NCBI GenBank assembly: GCA_965248195.1
Contig: CBDFIQ010000002.1
Span: 3,298,813 to 3,362,812 of the forward strand
Origin: Longimicrobiales bacterium
GTDB lineage: Bacteria; Gemmatimonadota; Gemmatimonadetes; Longimicrobiales; Gaopeijiaceae
Reading direction: 5' to 3'
DNA length: 64,000 nt
Positions 21,868-32,223 of this stretch are shown one piece after another. The translations under genes and the position numbers were made by a program. The stretch's first letter is position 1; each line of letters opens with the position of its first letter. The notes below the pieces were generated by a model. The model worked only from the letters and a program-made list of their open reading frames with translations, ran no database searches and was not told where the DNA came from.

Positions 21868-21883
21868 TAAACCGATAAGTTTA
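21868..21883. promoter_or_regulatory. Probable ArsR operator
   Basis: TAAAC-N6-GTTTA immediately before the arsR-like gene. Confidence 0.5.
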
Positions 21884-21898
21884 ATATCGGAGCCGCAC

Positions 21899-22279
21899 GT
21901 GGTGGCATTCTCAGACGAAAAGCTCGACCTGACGTTCGCTGCACTGGCACACCCCACACGGCGGGCGATTCTGACCCGGCTTGCCACCGAGGGGAGCGCA
22001 TCGGTCAGCGATCTGGCAGAGCCATTCGACGTTTCTCTCATGGCCATCTCGAAACATCTGAAGGTCATGGGGAAGGCAGGCCTCATTCGGCGTGAGAAGG
22101 ATGGTCGCGTGCGCCGATGCACCTTCGATCCCGGTTCCATCGAGATCGCGAGTGATTGGATCGAAGCACATCGCAAATACTGGACACAGCAGCTGGACTC
22201 GCTAGCAGCCTTTCTGGAAGGGCCGAGGACGGGCGGGGGAGGCGAGCGGTTGCCCCACGAGGGAGGAGAACCCCAATGA
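21899..22279 (+). CDS. ArsR/SmtB-family regulator
   Basis: FAALAHPTRRAIL...SKHLKVM..AGLI...GR. Confidence 0.9.
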   Translation: MVAFSDEKLDLTFAALAHPTRRAILTRLATEGSASVSDLAEPFDVSLMAISKHLKVMGKAGLIRREKDGRVRRCTFDPGSIEIASDWIEAHRKYWTQQLDSLAAFLEGPRTGGGGERLPHEGGEPQ

Positions 22280-22713
22280 GCGTCGATACCATGAATTCCC
22301 TAAGGATCACCCTTCTGATTCAGGCGAACCAACAGACGGTCTGGGACGCCTGGACCCAGCCGGACCAGATGAGGCAGTGGTCGTGCCCCGAACCGGGTGG
22401 GGTCCAGGACATCGCCAGCGACTTCCGGATTGGCGGCTCCTACACGATCGCGATGCGGGTCGACGGCAACGACCACACGGCGATCGGCACGTACAAGGAG
22501 ATCGACGCGCCGAACCGCCTGGTTTACACGTGGGACTGGAAGGAGGAGGACAACCGCATGGGTGAGACGCTCGTTACGGTGGAGTTCGAGGCTCGCGGTG
22601 ATGCGACGGAGGTCGTCCTCCTCCACACGGGCTTCCCGGCGGTCGAGGCGAAGGACGCGCATGAGCAGGGCTGGGGCGCGTGCATCGCGCACTTCGAGGC
22701 GCTCTTCTCCTAA
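22276..22713 (+). CDS. SRPBCC (AHSA1-like) domain protein
   Basis: VWDAWT.P..M.QW...RLVYTW...HEQGW; ATGA overlap with arsR. Confidence 0.88.
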   Translation: MSVDTMNSLRITLLIQANQQTVWDAWTQPDQMRQWSCPEPGGVQDIASDFRIGGSYTIAMRVDGNDHTAIGTYKEIDAPNRLVYTWDWKEEDNRMGETLVTVEFEARGDATEVVLLHTGFPAVEAKDAHEQGWGACIAHFEALFS

Positions 22714-22815
22714 CGGGTACCTACGCTTGCGCGGCCTCCTGCGCGAAGTCACTTTGCCCAGGTCGACTCAGCACGCAAAAAGTGTGTCGCAGTCCTATCT
22801 CCAAGTGAGGCCGTC

Positions 22816-24036
22816 ATGTCACTTTCCGAGCGCTCGAAACGTGTAATTCCCTTCGTTATCGCCCTGACACTATTCGTGGGATGTGCCGGGCCAGCCGAAG
22901 AAGAACTGGTCGTCACTAGTGAAATGACCGCCATGGCATCGGCAGGCACGATATCATCGACCACCATTTCCTCGGGCTTGGTGCTCCCGCCGAGCGGCAT
23001 CAGCGGCACGCCGGCGGATAACATAACCGACCCGGCACTGCGAATGCTGCCGAACCCCAATCCGACCGTGATCACCCATTGGGGAAAGCTGCCTGATGGC
23101 CGCGAGTGGGGGTCGACGGCGGGCGCCGATATCGGACCCGACGGGCACGTGTGGGCCTACGACCGGTGCGGATCGGGCTCGGCGGGTGGACCCGGGATCA
23201 GCTGCGACAACAACCCCGTGGACCCGATCGTCAAGTACGACCGTAACACGGGAGAGTTGCTGGCCGCGTTTGGGGCCGGCCTGTTCGTTACGCCCCACGG
23301 AATCCATGTGGACGACGACGGCAACGTCTGGGTGACGGACTTTGCCGGGAACGAGGCCGGCACCAAGGGACACCAGGTGATCAAGTTCAGCCCCGATGGC
23401 GAGGTCCTGATGCGACTCGGCCAGGCGGGCGTACCGGGAAGTGGTCCCGGCCAACTCAACCAGCCAAACGATGTGATCACAGCGCCGAACGGGGACATCT
23501 TCGTCGCGGACGGGCACAGCGGGCAGGGTCAGAACCCCGCTCCCGGCTCCACCGGACGGATCTTGAAGTACACGGCCGACGGCGAGTTCATCAAAGAGTG
23601 GGGAGAGATCGGGATCGGTCCTGGCGAATTCCGGACGCCTCATGCCTTGGAGATGGACTCGCGGGGCCGCCTATTCGTGGCCGACCGGGGCAACCACCGA
23701 ATCCAGATTTTCGACCAGGACGGCAACTATCTGGACTCGTACTACCAGTTCAGTCGGATCAGCGGCCTGTTCATCACCGCTGATGACATGCTGTACGCGA
23801 TCGACTCCGAAACCAACGAGAACAACCACCCTGGCTGGAGTACCGGCATCCGGATCGGGCGCGCCCACGCCGACGTGGTCACCGCGTTCATCCCGGGGCA
23901 CGCCTATCAGGACCGGCCCTGGAACACGGCCGGGGAAGGTGTCGCGGTTGACGCCGACGGAAACGTGTACGGGGCGGAGGGACCCGGGTCCCGGCCGGCC
24001 GTCGACGGAGGACTGACGAAATACGTAATACAATAG
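22816..24036 (+). CDS. NHL-repeat lipoprotein (PAL/peptidylglycine amidating lyase-like)
   Basis: Lipobox FVGC; PHGIHVD..GNVWVTD, QPNDV, FRTPHAL..D..GRLFVADRGNHRIQIFD. Confidence 0.88.
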   Translation: MSLSERSKRVIPFVIALTLFVGCAGPAEEELVVTSEMTAMASAGTISSTTISSGLVLPPSGISGTPADNITDPALRMLPNPNPTVITHWGKLPDGREWGSTAGADIGPDGHVWAYDRCGSGSAGGPGISCDNNPVDPIVKYDRNTGELLAAFGAGLFVTPHGIHVDDDGNVWVTDFAGNEAGTKGHQVIKFSPDGEVLMRLGQAGVPGSGPGQLNQPNDVITAPNGDIFVADGHSGQGQNPAPGSTGRILKYTADGEFIKEWGEIGIGPGEFRTPHALEMDSRGRLFVADRGNHRIQIFDQDGNYLDSYYQFSRISGLFITADDMLYAIDSETNENNHPGWSTGIRIGRAHADVVTAFIPGHAYQDRPWNTAGEGVAVDADGNVYGAEGPGSRPAVDGGLTKYVIQ

Positions 24037-24235
24037 CCTTAGGAGTAGCCTTTGGCGTCCACGCTGGCGGCAGAGCTCGGCGCGGCTAGAGTGCACATCG
24101 TCTTGGTTTTGCGTCGAGGCACCGGAGATCTTCAACCGGGAGCTGATCCGGTTTTTGGGGGCGGAGCGGGAGGTCGTGGCGACGGAGCGGTGATAGCGGG
24201 CGAACTGGGAGTCCTCGCGACGTCACCTTTCTAGG

Positions 24236-25171
24236 ATGAACCGTGACATGCGGCTCCTCATCATGACGGTCGCCGCCGGGTGGGCCTGTCTCGGTTTCGG
24301 CGCGTGCTCCTTCTCCGCGCCCGACCACGAGGACGGCCTGATCCCAGTCAACGGCACCCGGCTCTTCGTGCACCGCGAAGGAGCCGGCGAGCCGGCGATC
24401 GTGATCCACGGCGGCCCGGTACTCGACCATAGCTACCTACAGCCGTATCTCGCGCCGCTCGGCGACGAACTCGAGTTCGTCTTCTACGATCAGCGTCTGA
24501 GCGGCCGCTCAGACGGGGTGGTCGATAGCACCTCGGTGCGGCTGGGCACGTTCGTGGACGACATCGAGGCGCTGCGCGAGGCGCTGGGGTTGGGGCGCGT
24601 ACACTTGATCGCCCACTCGTGGGGTGGGCTGCTCGCCATGAAGTATGCCGCGGCCCACTCCGGCCAGCTGCGCTCGCTCGTGCTTCTCGACCCCATGGCG
24701 CCCACGGTGGCCCTCTGGCGGGAAGAAGAGCAGGAGTTGGGAGCATCCCTCGTGCCCCAGGACACGGCGGGCGCCGGAGCGCTCCGCGCCACCGAGGCCT
24801 TCGCCGCCCGGGAGCCCGCCGCGCTGGAAGCCTTACTTCGGCACTCGTTCCGGAGCCAGTTCCGTGATCGGTCCCTGGCCGAGGACCTCACCTTCCACAT
24901 CGGGGAGGATTACCTGGAGCGCAGCCGGCAGTTCGGATTCATAATCGGCGACCTCACCACCTTCGATCTGACGGAGGCTCTGCGCGACGTCGAGGTGCCG
25001 ACGCTGATCCTTTACGGGGAGGACGAGCCCGGCGCGAGCATCGGCGGCGACGCCATCGCCGAGGCCATACCCAGCGCCCAGCGCGTAACCATTCCAGCTT
25101 CAGGGCACTTTCCATTCATGGAGCAGCCCGAGGCCTTCCTGGACGCGGTGCGGGCGTTCCTCGCCCGTTAG
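24236..25171 (+). CDS. Alpha/beta hydrolase (proline iminopeptidase-like)
   Basis: HGGP, YDQR.SGRS, HSWGG, SGHFPFMEQP. Confidence 0.85.
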   Translation: MNRDMRLLIMTVAAGWACLGFGACSFSAPDHEDGLIPVNGTRLFVHREGAGEPAIVIHGGPVLDHSYLQPYLAPLGDELEFVFYDQRLSGRSDGVVDSTSVRLGTFVDDIEALREALGLGRVHLIAHSWGGLLAMKYAAAHSGQLRSLVLLDPMAPTVALWREEEQELGASLVPQDTAGAGALRATEAFAAREPAALEALLRHSFRSQFRDRSLAEDLTFHIGEDYLERSRQFGFIIGDLTTFDLTEALRDVEVPTLILYGEDEPGASIGGDAIAEAIPSAQRVTIPASGHFPFMEQPEAFLDAVRAFLAR

Positions 25172-25247
25172 GAGCCGCCTCACGTGCCTATTTGGATTCT
25201 AGTACTCGTCGTTACGATGACCTGGTACATCAACTGAGCTTCATGCA

Positions 25248-25667
25248 ATGAGCAGACCACCTCTGCAAGGGATGTTGGAGTTCGGTCTGTACGTGAAGGA
25301 CGTTACGCGAGCGGCCGATTTCTACCACCTCCTCTTTGGTTTTCCAGTGCTGATCTCGAAAGAGCGGATGGCGGCGCTCGACGTGGAGGGGAAGCAGATA
25401 CTGCTACTGTTCAAGCACGGGGCGTCGAGCGAGCCCATGAACATGCCTGGGGGTGTGCTACCACCGCACGATGGTGAAGGAACATCTCATGTCGCCTTCG
25501 CCATCCAGGGGAGTGACTTGGAGCCCTGGGAGCATTGGCTTCGAGAGCAAGGCGTCGAAGTAGAGAGCAAGGTCGAGTGGGAGGAGGGAGGCCGGAGCCT
25601 TTACTTCCGAGACCTGGACGGCCATCTGCTCGAGCTCGTGACGCCGGGTGTGTGGGAAACCTATTGA
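25248..25667 (+). CDS. VOC/glyoxalase family protein
   Basis: PPHDGEG..HVAF, GRSLYFRDLDGHLLEL. Confidence 0.88.
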   Translation: MSRPPLQGMLEFGLYVKDVTRAADFYHLLFGFPVLISKERMAALDVEGKQILLLFKHGASSEPMNMPGGVLPPHDGEGTSHVAFAIQGSDLEPWEHWLREQGVEVESKVEWEEGGRSLYFRDLDGHLLELVTPGVWETY

Positions 25668-25696
25668 TCCGAGTGCGTTTGTCGGATCGAGGCCGC

Positions 25697-25860
25697 TCAA
25701 GGAATTGCCAGCACCCCGTGATAGCGGTGACGGTGGATGCGGGGCGGGTGAATGAGTAGGGCGAGTCGCTCGAGGAACTCGAGGGGGGTGAGCGAGAGCG
25801 CGGTGGCGCCGTCCGGTGCGGGACGGGGAAGACGATAGACGATGCGCTCGCCTCCAGGCG
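25697..25860 (-). pseudogene. IS91-family (Y2) transposase remnant
   Basis: RIVYRLPRPAPDGATALSLTPLEFLERLALLIHPPRIHRHRYHGVLA. Confidence 0.75.
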
Positions 25861-25881
25861 CACCGTCCCCGGTAGCCTCGC

Positions 25882-26115
25882 GTGCCCGAGGAGCTGTCCG
25901 CCCAGGAAGCCTTGTTCCCGAGTGCAGCGGCGGTGCACTTCGGCCCGGAAGAGGCCTCCTTGGCAGCAAAGTTGTACGGCTCGGTGCCGCGTCCGCGAGG
26001 CCGGGAGATCGATCTCACCATCGCCTCGTGTGCCGTTACATGGGACGCCGTTCTCTGGACGCTCAACGTGGATGATTTCACCGATGTCCCGGGGCTACGG
26101 ATGAGCCGACCTGAT
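25882..26115 (+). pseudogene. VapC/PIN toxin 3' remnant
   Basis: AAKLY..VPRPRGREIDLTIASCA...LWTLNVDDFTDVPGL; N-terminus missing. Confidence 0.65.
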
Positions 26116-26311
26116 GGATCTGGCCCTCTCGCTCGGCTCTTGCGGCGAGCGAGGTACCGCGGTCGAAGTCGAGACCCCAGATGGCCGCCCACTGCTCCCG
26201 AACTGACACAGGAAAGCCCCGGGATCCTTTCGGATCCCGGGGCCTGTCTCCACACACTCGGCGGCGTTTGGTCAACCGTCAAACGCAAACATCGCCGTCG
26301 TGTATAGCCTC

Positions 26312-27721
26312 CTAGCCGTTTTCATCGTCGTCATCATCGTCGTCATCGGTGAGCTCCACTGTGACCGTGGTCGTGTTCCCCGAGGCGTCAGTGCACGTGA
26401 CCGTGAGCGTGATCGAGGGGGCCTCGATCTTGAGGATCCCGTCGTCCCACTCTACCTCGTCGTCGTCGAGCTCCAGCTCTACGATCTGGCCGTTCGCCAC
26501 GGCGATGCCGTTGATGTCCGCGCTGCTCACAGGGCTGGCGTCGACGGCGTCGGTGCAGGTGAACACCACTCGGAACTCGTCGTCGTCATCACCCACCGGC
26601 ACCAGGGCGGCGGTCACGTCGGGCGGTGTGGCGTCCTCGAGCAGCGTCAAGCTGCTCGGCCCGGACAGGCCGGTGACGATGTCCATCACGCCAGTCCCGT
26701 CTAGGTTGGCGCTTTGGATCTTAAGCGTCAACTCGTCGACCCAGAGGATCTTGCCTGCGTGTAGATCGAGAACCAGGTCGCGAGGCCTCGACAGGCCGGT
26801 CACGATCGTCGTCAAGCCACCTGAACCGTCGGCGTTCGCCCGCCAGATCGTTCCGCTCCCGCTACCCGCGGGGACATGCTGACCGAAGTACACGTGGTTG
26901 TTGGCTGCGTCCACCGCGACTCCGCGGCCCCGGCCGTCCAGGTGGGGAGCGACGGACGTGATAAAGTTCCCGGCCAGGTCGGTCTTCACGATCCCCGAGG
27001 GCCCAGGGGGGGTCAAGACACCGATGTCGCCGTAGTAGAGGTGTCCGTTGGCCGGATCGACGGTGAGCCCGTCGATGAACCAGCCGGCGAGCGTGCCGGC
27101 AGGTGACACAGAACCGGAGGGCCACGTCTTGATGAGGTCGATCAGACCCGTGCCGTCGGTGTTGACCCTCCGGACCCCGTGGAACGGGCTAAAACTCACG
27201 GAGAGTGCCATGTAGACATGGCCTGCGGCGACGTCCACATCGATGTCGTTGACACCGCCCTGCCCGTGATCGACGAGGGTCGTGACGCCGGACCCGTCCA
27301 GGGCAGAACGCATGGTCTTGCCGGTGGTGTTGAAGTTGCCGAAATCGTTCCAGTAGATGTGGCCGTTGACGTGGTCCAGGGCGATCCCCCTGGGACGGAC
27401 ACCTGCGGCCGCAACCAGGGTCGTCAGGCCTGTCCCGTCCGGGTTGACGGACCGGATCGTTCCCGCGCCACCACCGGCTCTATCGGCTCCGCCGTCCGTG
27501 AAAAAGATCTTCACGACGGGACTCGTCGCAACGGTCGCGAATGAGGGGCCGCCCTCGAAGGCCACGGCCGTCGGTGATGACACTTCGTCGCTACAGGAGG
27601 CGACCGCCAGCAGGAGCAGGAGGCTGGAGATCGGCCAGAGCGATAACCTCCCGCTCCGGGCTCCTGATGAGGAATCTCGACGGGTCGGTCCCGCAAGCGG
27701 TAACCTTGTAGGGCGCTTCAT
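26312..27721 (-). CDS. Lipoprotein with LDL-receptor class B (YWTD-like) beta-propeller and acidic C-terminal domain
   Basis: CAGGAGG RBS; lipobox AVASC; repeats PRGIALD...HIYWND, PRDLVLD..AGKILWVD..KIQSANLDG; poly-Asp tail. Confidence 0.8.
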   Translation of the reverse strand: MKRPTRLPLAGPTRRDSSSGARSGRLSLWPISSLLLLLAVASCSDEVSSPTAVAFEGGPSFATVATSPVVKIFFTDGGADRAGGGAGTIRSVNPDGTGLTTLVAAAGVRPRGIALDHVNGHIYWNDFGNFNTTGKTMRSALDGSGVTTLVDHGQGGVNDIDVDVAAGHVYMALSVSFSPFHGVRRVNTDGTGLIDLIKTWPSGSVSPAGTLAGWFIDGLTVDPANGHLYYGDIGVLTPPGPSGIVKTDLAGNFITSVAPHLDGRGRGVAVDAANNHVYFGQHVPAGSGSGTIWRANADGSGGLTTIVTGLSRPRDLVLDLHAGKILWVDELTLKIQSANLDGTGVMDIVTGLSGPSSLTLLEDATPPDVTAALVPVGDDDDEFRVVFTCTDAVDASPVSSADINGIAVANGQIVELELDDDEVEWDDGILKIEAPSITLTVTCTDASGNTTTVTVELTDDDDDDDDENG

Positions 27722-27952
27722 GAGTACCTCCTGGTATGGGTCCACCCGGCACAGCCGATGTCATGTTACGGAGAGGTTCGGCACAACTGACCCCGCGGCT
27801 TACTCAGCCACCTCGAAACCACTTTCGTACCGATACACATCCGAGCCCCATCCCATCACCAGGGCAAAAGCGCGCTACGGGGGGATGTCGGCAGTGCCCT
27901 CAAATCGCGAATGTCTTGAATCTAGGCGCCGACCACCGCCCACACCCGCAGT

Positions 27953-28001
27953 ATGTTGCGCAATATGCGCGAGATGTTGCTCTTTTTGCGAAGGATCTTG
28001 C
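27953..28001. promoter_or_regulatory. Three direct repeats at 21-bp spacing (AraC-type site)
   Basis: ATGTTGC 27953, ATGTTGC 27974, ATCTTGC 27995. Confidence 0.55.
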
Positions 28002-28008
28002 GCTTTGG

Positions 28009-28407
28009 TCAAGCGTGCGGTAGTTGCGCCAGCTGGCGGTATTCGGATGGGGACTGGCCGGTGACTTTCTTAAACCGGCCTTCGAAGTTCCGTAGGCTCC
28101 CGAATCCGACCCTGATGGCGATCCTCGTAAGTGTCAGATGAGGAGTTTGCGTCAGGAGCTGCTTCGCGTCTTCAATTCGGATTTGGGTGAGGTAATCCTG
28201 ATACGATATGCCAACGATTCGATGGAACAGCCGGCTGAAGTGATACTTGCTCAAGCAGGCCTCGGCTGCGGCTTGCTCGAGGTTCAACGTCGCGGGGTGA
28301 TGTTGCACCTGGATGAATTGGACGGCTCGCTTGATACCAACATGGGACAGCGAGGCCTCGTCGACGGGAAAGGAGCGGCGCGCCTTTCCGCGAGTTCTTT
28401 GGGTCAT
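28009..28407 (-). CDS. Stand-alone AraC-family HTH regulator
   Basis: A.EACLSKYHFSRLF...IAIRVGFGSLRNF...FKK.TG.SPSEYR. Confidence 0.88.
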   Translation of the reverse strand: MTQRTRGKARRSFPVDEASLSHVGIKRAVQFIQVQHHPATLNLEQAAAEACLSKYHFSRLFHRIVGISYQDYLTQIRIEDAKQLLTQTPHLTLTRIAIRVGFGSLRNFEGRFKKVTGQSPSEYRQLAQLPHA

Positions 28408-28561
28408 GGCCGTGCGCTCCCCCGCGGCCCCGAACCCTCGGTGCCGTTTGGGTAGGGAACTGTGGGCAGAAGAGCTGGGACACACCGCAGGCTCAGCGGA
28501 CCGGAGCCGTCAACTCGTAACGAAGCGTCGTTGGATGTAGCGGGCAGTGCCATAAGTAACT

Positions 28562-29937
28562 GGTAGTGTCCCTAGATTTGTGTAAAAGCGGATAAGCTGG
28601 ACAGGAGGGAAAGAAAAACGGAAGCTCCTCTGTTGTTGTTCACTGTCACATGAACCCGGGAGTCCGGGTCTGCAGAGCAGGCTCGGAACCGGAGAGGAGC
28701 TTCCGATGCAAGAGATTGTGGAGATCGGTCGGGCCACGCAAGACGAGCTACGCGATGATTTGCGCGAGCTGTTTCAAGGCGCGATCCGGCTGACGCTCGA
28801 GATGGTGCTGGAAGAGGAGCTGAAGGCCATGGTAGGTGCACGCCGCTTCGAGCGGGTGGGAAGCCGGAAGGACCATAGGAACGGCACATACCTGAGGCGG
28901 CTGCTGACGAGCCTGGGGCAGATCGAGGTCGCCATGCCCCGGAGCCGGGACAACGGTTCGCCGGCCGACGTGATCGGCCGCTACCAGCGCAGGAGCCCCG
29001 AGCTCGACGAGATGATGGTCGAGGCGTATGTGAGCGGCGTGTCACAGCGCAAGATGGGCGACGTCACCGAGGCGCTGATGGGCGAGCGTGTTGGGCGCTC
29101 GACGGTGAGTCGTGTGGCAAAACGGCTCGACGAGGCCGTGGAAGGGCTGCGCCGTGCGCCGATCGAGGGGCCTCACCCCTATCTGTACCTGGACGCCACG
29201 TTCTTGGACGCCCGCTGGGCCCGCAAAGTCGAGAACGTGAGTGCGCTCGTGGCGTATGCAGTGGGCCCTGAGGGTCACCGACGGCTCCTGGCCGTCACGC
29301 TGGGCGCTGAGGAGTCGCAGCAGAGCTGGTCGGAGCTCCTCGAGCAACTCCAGGACCGCGGCCTCGGCGGTGTCGAGCTCGTGATCGCCGATGAGCACGC
29401 AGGCCTGGCAGCTGCGGTCCGCCGCTTCCTGCCCGAGGCACGCCGTCAGAGGTGTACGGTCCATCTGCAGCGTAATGTGGGGGCGAGGGTCCCCCACCGC
29501 CTACGCAAGCGCGTGGCGCGTGAGGTCTCGGTGATCTTCCAGACATCCGGACTCGCCGAGGCGAAGAAGCTCCTGGGCGAGTTCGGCGCACGCTGGAAGA
29601 AGGAGCTGCCCGAGGCCGTGGAGGTCCTGGAGCGGGGCTTCGGGGCAGCGACGCAGTTCTACGCGTTCCCCGAGGCGCACTGGCCCCGGCTGCGTACCAC
29701 CAACAGCCTCGAGCGGCTGCACGGCGAGATCAAACGCAGGATCAAGGCCGCCGGCGCCTTCCCGGACCGGGCCAGCGCCCTCAGGCTCATCACGGCCGTC
29801 GCACTCAGGACCACACACGTCTGGGGCGACCGGCGTTACCTCGACCTCTCACTCCTCCAGAAACAGGAGGTCGCCCAAGCAGCCTAGCCGAAGGCGAGGA
29901 GCTTCCTCCGCTTTTACACACAAATCGGGACTTGACC
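28562..29937 (+). mobile_element. IS256-family element, copy 3; 9-bp TSD TAAGTAACT
   Basis: TSD at 28553-28561 and 29938-29946. Confidence 0.97.
28706..29887 (+). CDS. IS256-family transposase
   Basis: Identical 393-aa protein. Confidence 0.95.
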   Translation: MQEIVEIGRATQDELRDDLRELFQGAIRLTLEMVLEEELKAMVGARRFERVGSRKDHRNGTYLRRLLTSLGQIEVAMPRSRDNGSPADVIGRYQRRSPELDEMMVEAYVSGVSQRKMGDVTEALMGERVGRSTVSRVAKRLDEAVEGLRRAPIEGPHPYLYLDATFLDARWARKVENVSALVAYAVGPEGHRRLLAVTLGAEESQQSWSELLEQLQDRGLGGVELVIADEHAGLAAAVRRFLPEARRQRCTVHLQRNVGARVPHRLRKRVAREVSVIFQTSGLAEAKKLLGEFGARWKKELPEAVEVLERGFGAATQFYAFPEAHWPRLRTTNSLERLHGEIKRRIKAAGAFPDRASALRLITAVALRTTHVWGDRRYLDLSLLQKQEVAQAA

Positions 29938-30555
29938 TAAGTAACTCCACCGGGGGGCTTACCCGACAGGGCCCTGTTCATCAGGAGGCAGCTAATGGCA
30001 CACATACAGAGCTCCGCGGCTGCTAACGTGCGGCGTTATCCGCAGCGTCGCAAGTGTGGCCAAGGCCGGAGGGGTCGGCCTGGCTGCGTCTAGAGCCCAA
30101 GCTCCTCCCGTATCCGTGCCTCTCGCCGATGGAGTACCACGGCGATGATGAGTGTCCAGATCAGGTAGCCACCACACGCCCAGTAGAGGGCCTCTGTGCC
30201 CATCCACCGGAACCACATGAAGGGCCACAGGGACGCCATGAAGGGTATGGCGTTTCCAAGGGCTTTTCCTGAGCGAGGCACGTTGCTTCAGCGAGCCGAG
30301 ACACACAGCAACCTCACCTTGCGAGGCCGTGCCCAGGCCAAGATGCACGCTCACCGCGCACGTATGCTCGAATCGGACGCGGGGATGTGTGGATGGGTAG
30401 CGGGATGTGGAGCGGACCCGACCCCCGCGGACCGCGGGTCCGTCGGTCTTGTCTCAGTCGGGTAGGGACTGATCGAACTCGATCTCTGGGATCGGCTCCG
30501 CATCCGGGGGATCGTATTTGGCCAGATACTAGGCCGTATGAGTAGTGCAGTCCGC

Positions 30556-31548
30556 TCAGCCCGAGTTGCCCACCCCCCCCTTCGTGACCGACACTGGACG
30601 GATCGTGCCATCCTTGTTGAACGTGAGGAATTCACCGTGCACACGCCGTTGGCGAGGATGGGTCGCGGGCCAGACGTGATACCAAAGTATCCAACGGTCA
30701 CCGTACTGTACGATGGAGTGATGGATATTCAGATCATTGACCTTGTGTAACAACGTGCCCGCGTAGTCGAAGGGTCCGATTGGGCTGTCGCCCATGTAGT
30801 AACGAAGCTGGCGATAATCGTCGTCGGCCAGCGTGAAGTAATACTTGCCTGATCGCTTGAAGACCCATGTAGCCTCCCAGCCGCCAACGGGTTGGCGGCC
30901 CCTGAACTCCACGATCCGGGACTTCCTGGCGCCGTTCTCTCGCTGAAGGGTGGTCATGTCCTCAGCCAGGAAGTAGATCACATGGCCGAGGTAGAGGTAG
31001 GCTTGTCCGTCATCGTCGATGAATACGCTCGGATCGTGCCCATCAACGAGAGGACGGTCTACGGACAGGTTGGTAAACGGTCCCTGCGGTTGATCCGCCA
31101 CCGCGACCCCGACACCCCTCAGCTGGTCGCCTTCGTTCTGGAAATAGTAGTACAAGTAGTACGTGCCGTTTCTATAGGCGATGTCGGGTGCCCAGGCGTT
31201 GTTGACACACCAACTGCACCCATCGGCGCTGAAGATTCTCTCGTGTAGGGTCCAGGTCCGGAGGTCTTCTGAGGACCACGCATTCCAGTGGTCCAGCTGG
31301 CTCCAGTCCTCGTGATTCGTAGTGGGGTAGATCCACATCTTCCCGTCGGCCCAGACGTGCCCGGACGGATCTGCCCCAAAGAAGAGAGGATTCCCATTGA
31401 ACGTACCCGACGTAAGCTCGTAATCTATGAACCCGAAGGAGGTGGAGGAATCACAGCCCAAGAATGCGGTGCATGCCAAGACCAGAGCGGCTAGGCGGCC
31501 GTAGCCTCCATCCGTGGCGGCGTTCGCGCGGGTGACGGGATCAGACAT
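30556..31548 (-). CDS. Glycoside hydrolase family 43 lipoprotein
   Basis: ADPSGHV..GKMWIYPT, WAPDI, DPSVFIDDDGQAYLY, HHSIVQY. Confidence 0.88.
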   Translation of the reverse strand: MSDPVTRANAATDGGYGRLAALVLACTAFLGCDSSTSFGFIDYELTSGTFNGNPLFFGADPSGHVWADGKMWIYPTTNHEDWSQLDHWNAWSSEDLRTWTLHERIFSADGCSWCVNNAWAPDIAYRNGTYYLYYYFQNEGDQLRGVGVAVADQPQGPFTNLSVDRPLVDGHDPSVFIDDDGQAYLYLGHVIYFLAEDMTTLQRENGARKSRIVEFRGRQPVGGWEATWVFKRSGKYYFTLADDDYRQLRYYMGDSPIGPFDYAGTLLHKVNDLNIHHSIVQYGDRWILWYHVWPATHPRQRRVHGEFLTFNKDGTIRPVSVTKGGVGNSG

Positions 31549-31767
31549 AGCGGCCAAAATGGGGGTAAGAAGTGTGGTGCTGCAAGCCATCCGGCCTTCA
31601 CCCAGCTCAGGCCTCTCGCTGGTTACTGGGGCGTCTATTTCGATGGGATGATCCCTTGACGCAGCCAGGCGTGGTTGCCGCGCCGTTTCCATAAGGCATG
31701 GTCCCACGGTATCATTCGCGACCCTACGGATGGCGCCGCCACGGCGCCCGACTCGAACTCACCGTAC

Positions 31768-32214
31768 ATGGAGAATCCCATGACCGCCGAATCTGACGCT
31801 CCCCTCGACGGGAAGGGCCCGGCCAGCACCGAGGCTCTCGATCTGCGTAGCATACGGCCGGCGTTGACGGTCGGAGACATCGATAAGAGTCTCGCCTGGT
31901 ATCGGGACGTGGTGGGGTTCCAGGTGGAGGAGACCTTCGAGCGGGACGGAAAGGTAGGCGCTGCCTCTCTCACGGCTGGGGGTGCGCGCCTCCTTTTAGT
32001 CCAGGACGACTGGGCGAAGGGCCGTGACCGTGTGAAGGGTGAGGGGTTCCGGCTTCACATGGCCACCGCCGGTGACGTGGACGCGATCGCCGCGGGGATC
32101 GAGCAGCGGGGCGGCACGCTGGAGTCCCCTCCGGAGGACACGCCTTGGGGTGCGCGAGCGTTCAGCCTGGCGGACCCGGACGGCTTCAAGATTACGATCT
32201 CCTCGGACAGTTGA
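31768..32214 (+). CDS. VOC/glyoxalase family protein
   Basis: LTVGDIDKSLAWY...DTPWGARAFSLADPDG; start uncertain. Confidence 0.85.
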   Translation: MENPMTAESDAPLDGKGPASTEALDLRSIRPALTVGDIDKSLAWYRDVVGFQVEETFERDGKVGAASLTAGGARLLLVQDDWAKGRDRVKGEGFRLHMATAGDVDAIAAGIEQRGGTLESPPEDTPWGARAFSLADPDGFKITISSDS

Positions 32215-32223
32215 GCGGGCGCA

